A stretch of DNA of 64,000 nt, from NCBI GenBank assembly GCA_036562835.1, contig DATCJI010000356.1:44-64043 (forward strand), in the 5' to 3' direction. Below, piece by piece: positions 62,279 through 64,000 of the stretch. Numbering within the stretch: position 1 is the stretch's first letter; every line of letters starts with the position of its first letter. The translations under genes and the position numbers were made by a program. This DNA comes from Xanthobacteraceae bacterium (lineage in GTDB: Bacteria; Pseudomonadota; Alphaproteobacteria; Rhizobiales; Xanthobacteraceae). The notes below the pieces were generated by a model. It saw only the letters and a program-made list of their open reading frames with translations, ran no database searches and was not told the origin of the DNA.

Positions 62279-63151
62279 ATGCGCAAGCTGGGCATCGGCG
62301 ATGTCACGATAACGAGCATTATCGAGCGGGACGGCCCCTGGCGCCGCCCGGAGGAGATGTTTCCAGCCTACGACCCCAAAATCGGCGAGAGACATCTGAG
62401 AGAGCTCGACCCGTTTGTGTTCGACCCCGCCTCAGGGCGAATGGTCATCACCTATCAGACCTTCGTCGTGCGCACCCCCAGGCATACGATTCTGGTCGAT
62501 ACCTGTACGGGGGAGGACAAGGGCTATCCACCGCCATTCGATTTTCCCAAACAGCCATGGCTCGACGGCTTCTACGCGGCCGGGCTTCGTTTCGAGGACA
62601 TTGATTACGTCTTCTGTACTCACCTGCACATCGACCACTGCGGATGGAACACGCTGCTGCGCAATGGACGATGGGTGCCGACTTTCCCGAAAGCGAAATA
62701 CGTGTTTCACAAGCGCGAATACGCAGCATGGGAAGAGGCGACCAGCCGGGGCGAGAACCCTCCCGGGAATGTGTGGCGGTTCAATTGCGAGCCGGTGGTT
62801 GCGGCGGGCCAGGCGCTTTTGGTCGAGGACGATTTTGAGCTGGACGACACGGTATGGCTCACGCCGACGCCCGGTCATTCGCCTCACCACTGTTGCGTCA
62901 ATATCCGCGCCGGCGGGCAGCGCGCAGTCGTGATCGGCGATCTCATGCATCATGCCCTGCAATGCCGCGAGCCGGATTGGTCCACCATATTCGATTGGGA
63001 TCGTGCGCAGGCGGCAAGCTCACGGCGCCGTTTCCTCAGCGAGGTCGCCGGCACCGGCACATTCGTGCTGCCGATCCATTTTCCTCATCCGACTGCGGGG
63101 CGGGTCGAACCGGACGGCGACCGCTTCCGCTACAAATTTTGCACTGATTAG
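62279..63151 (+). CDS. MBL-fold metallo-hydrolase (lactonase-like)
   Basis: The HxHxDH motif is in CTHLHIDHCGWN, with later His residues at TPGHSPHH and GDLMHH. Confidence 0.8.
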   Translation: MRKLGIGDVTITSIIERDGPWRRPEEMFPAYDPKIGERHLRELDPFVFDPASGRMVITYQTFVVRTPRHTILVDTCTGEDKGYPPPFDFPKQPWLDGFYAAGLRFEDIDYVFCTHLHIDHCGWNTLLRNGRWVPTFPKAKYVFHKREYAAWEEATSRGENPPGNVWRFNCEPVVAAGQALLVEDDFELDDTVWLTPTPGHSPHHCCVNIRAGGQRAVVIGDLMHHALQCREPDWSTIFDWDRAQAASSRRRFLSEVAGTGTFVLPIHFPHPTAGRVEPDGDRFRYKFCTD

Positions 63152-63156
63152 CCAGG

Positions 63157-63735
63157 CTAACCGGCCGTCTTCACGCGCACCTTGGTTGCGATCGGCCCCG
63201 TGTCTCCGATGACTTCGTTATAATGGACCTCATTGCCGCGTGAGAGCTGATCGAAGTCTCCAGACAATACCGAGTTACGATGAAAATAAAGCAGGCTGCC
63301 TTCTTTGGTGAGCAAAAATCCGAAATTTTCCTCCGGTCGCATTTCCGCAATGTGCCCGAGCGACTGGTTTTCGACCTCGTGCGGTGAGCGCTGGGAGCGA
63401 TCCTCAAGCTGCTCCTTCATGTCATGCAGGCGCCGCTCGGCCACGCGGAATGCCTCGTTAATGGCGTTGCGCAGGTCAGGATGTTGGTACTTGCGCAGCA
63501 GGTGGTCGGGCTCGTGGCTCACGACGATCTCGCCCCGCCCAGGAATGCCAAGCTCAATACGCACGACAGGCGGAATGGTGCCGGTCAGACTTTTGTTGCG
63601 CTGATCAATACGCACCCGGCATGAAACCAGCCGATCGAAGATTCTCTCGAGTTCGGCCACTCGCGTGCGGATTTCCTGCTCGGCCCAATCCGAGCTGTCC
63701 ATATTGTGAAAGGCGATTTCCAGGGGAACTTGCAT
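63157..63735 (-). CDS. HPF/RaiA-like ribosome-associated domain fused to a cold-shock (CSD/OB) domain
   Basis: The N-terminus MQVPLEIAFHNMDSSDWAEQEIRTRVAELERIFDRLVSCRVRID...RIELGIPGRGEIVV...AINEAFRVAERRLHDMKE fits the HPF fold pattern. The C-terminus has RNP1-like NFGFLL and RNP2-like LYFHR, then ...GNEVHYNEV.GDTGPIATKVRV. Confidence 0.7.
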   Translation of the reverse strand: MQVPLEIAFHNMDSSDWAEQEIRTRVAELERIFDRLVSCRVRIDQRNKSLTGTIPPVVRIELGIPGRGEIVVSHEPDHLLRKYQHPDLRNAINEAFRVAERRLHDMKEQLEDRSQRSPHEVENQSLGHIAEMRPEENFGFLLTKEGSLLYFHRNSVLSGDFDQLSRGNEVHYNEVIGDTGPIATKVRVKTAG

Positions 63736-63773
63736 GCAAGCTCCATACCTTTGGCGCTTTTGCTTGGTTTACC

Positions 63774-63798
63774 AACGTGCACACGCTTCGATCGTTGC
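63774..63798 (-). promoter_or_regulatory. candidate EcfG-type promoter (GCAAC-N16-CGTT) upstream of the HPF-CSD gene
   Basis: The minus strand reads GCAAC gatcgaagcgtgtgca CGTT. CGTT ends about 38 nt upstream of the ATG. There is one mismatch to GGAAC. Confidence 0.3.
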
Positions 63799-63844
63799 AT
63801 CCCGGATCCGGGGCAGCGCTCGCCATTCGGAGAACCGGACTGGA

Positions 63845-64000
63845 ATGAAGATCCTGAAAAATTGCACGTCGGCCTGCTTCGGCCTTTTGCTTGCGACGGC
63901 TCTCATCAACTCGGCGAGCGCGCTCGATCCGGGCTTTCGCAAATGGGTGCAGGACCTCTGGCCCGATGCGCAGGCGCTCGGTGTCTCGCGACGGACATTT
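63845..64000 (+). CDS. 5' end of a lytic murein transglycosylase-like gene (partial, runs out of window)
   Basis: Signal peptide MKILKNCTSACFGLLLATALINSASA, then LDPGFRKWVQDLWPDAQALGVSRRTF, which resembles the MltB-family N-terminus. Confidence 0.5.
   Translation, partial: MKILKNCTSACFGLLLATALINSASALDPGFRKWVQDLWPDAQALGVSRRTF

Overview
This is a GC-rich, densely coding stretch that looks like alphaproteobacterial chromosome. Gene content (DUF3551, Bug/TctC-type binding proteins, a Tat beta-helix repeat protein, Ala/Pro-rich proteins) suggests a Bradyrhizobium/Afipia/Rhodopseudomonas-like organism, but that is an inference, not a database result. I support about 60 CDS, one tRNA-Lys(CUU), several intrinsic-terminator or REP-like hairpins and a few candidate promoters. 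I found no transposase, integrase, prophage gene, rRNA or CRISPR array. Most of the content is housekeeping or catabolic: MeaB, EttA, Dps, NAD-malic enzyme, a five-gene peptide-type ABC importer, a hydantoinase A/B + Zn-dehydrogenase + MFS operon, and several dehydrogenases. The findings most worth a second look are listed here. (1) Two secreted caspase-fold (C14) paralogues read Tyr/Ala where the catalytic His/Cys should be; one has a long repetitive Pro-rich tail, the other is fused through a poly-Pro linker to an FGE-sulfatase (SUMF1-like) domain. (2) A signalling island holds a Cache/HAMP/GAF histidine kinase, a CheY and a REC-nucleotidyl cyclase, converging on a metallophosphatase and a Ser/Thr-kinase-USP gene broken by two frameshifts. 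(3) An SGNH lipase gene carries a frameshift plus an in-frame TAG. (4) A perfect GGAAC-N16-CGTT (EcfG, general stress response) promoter motif lies upstream of dps, and a one-mismatch copy lies upstream of an HPF/RaiA-cold-shock-domain fusion gene. (5) The aspartate dehydrogenase gene can only keep its Rossmann GxGxxG motif if it starts at a CTG preceded by GAGGAG. (6) A DUF3750 + radical-SAM ArsS-like + two-transferase cluster has no arsM nearby. (7) About 350 nt of non-coding sequence ends in a strong terminator and is a candidate sRNA or long 3' UTR. All family names are recalled from motifs read by eye in the supplied translations; none was verified by search.
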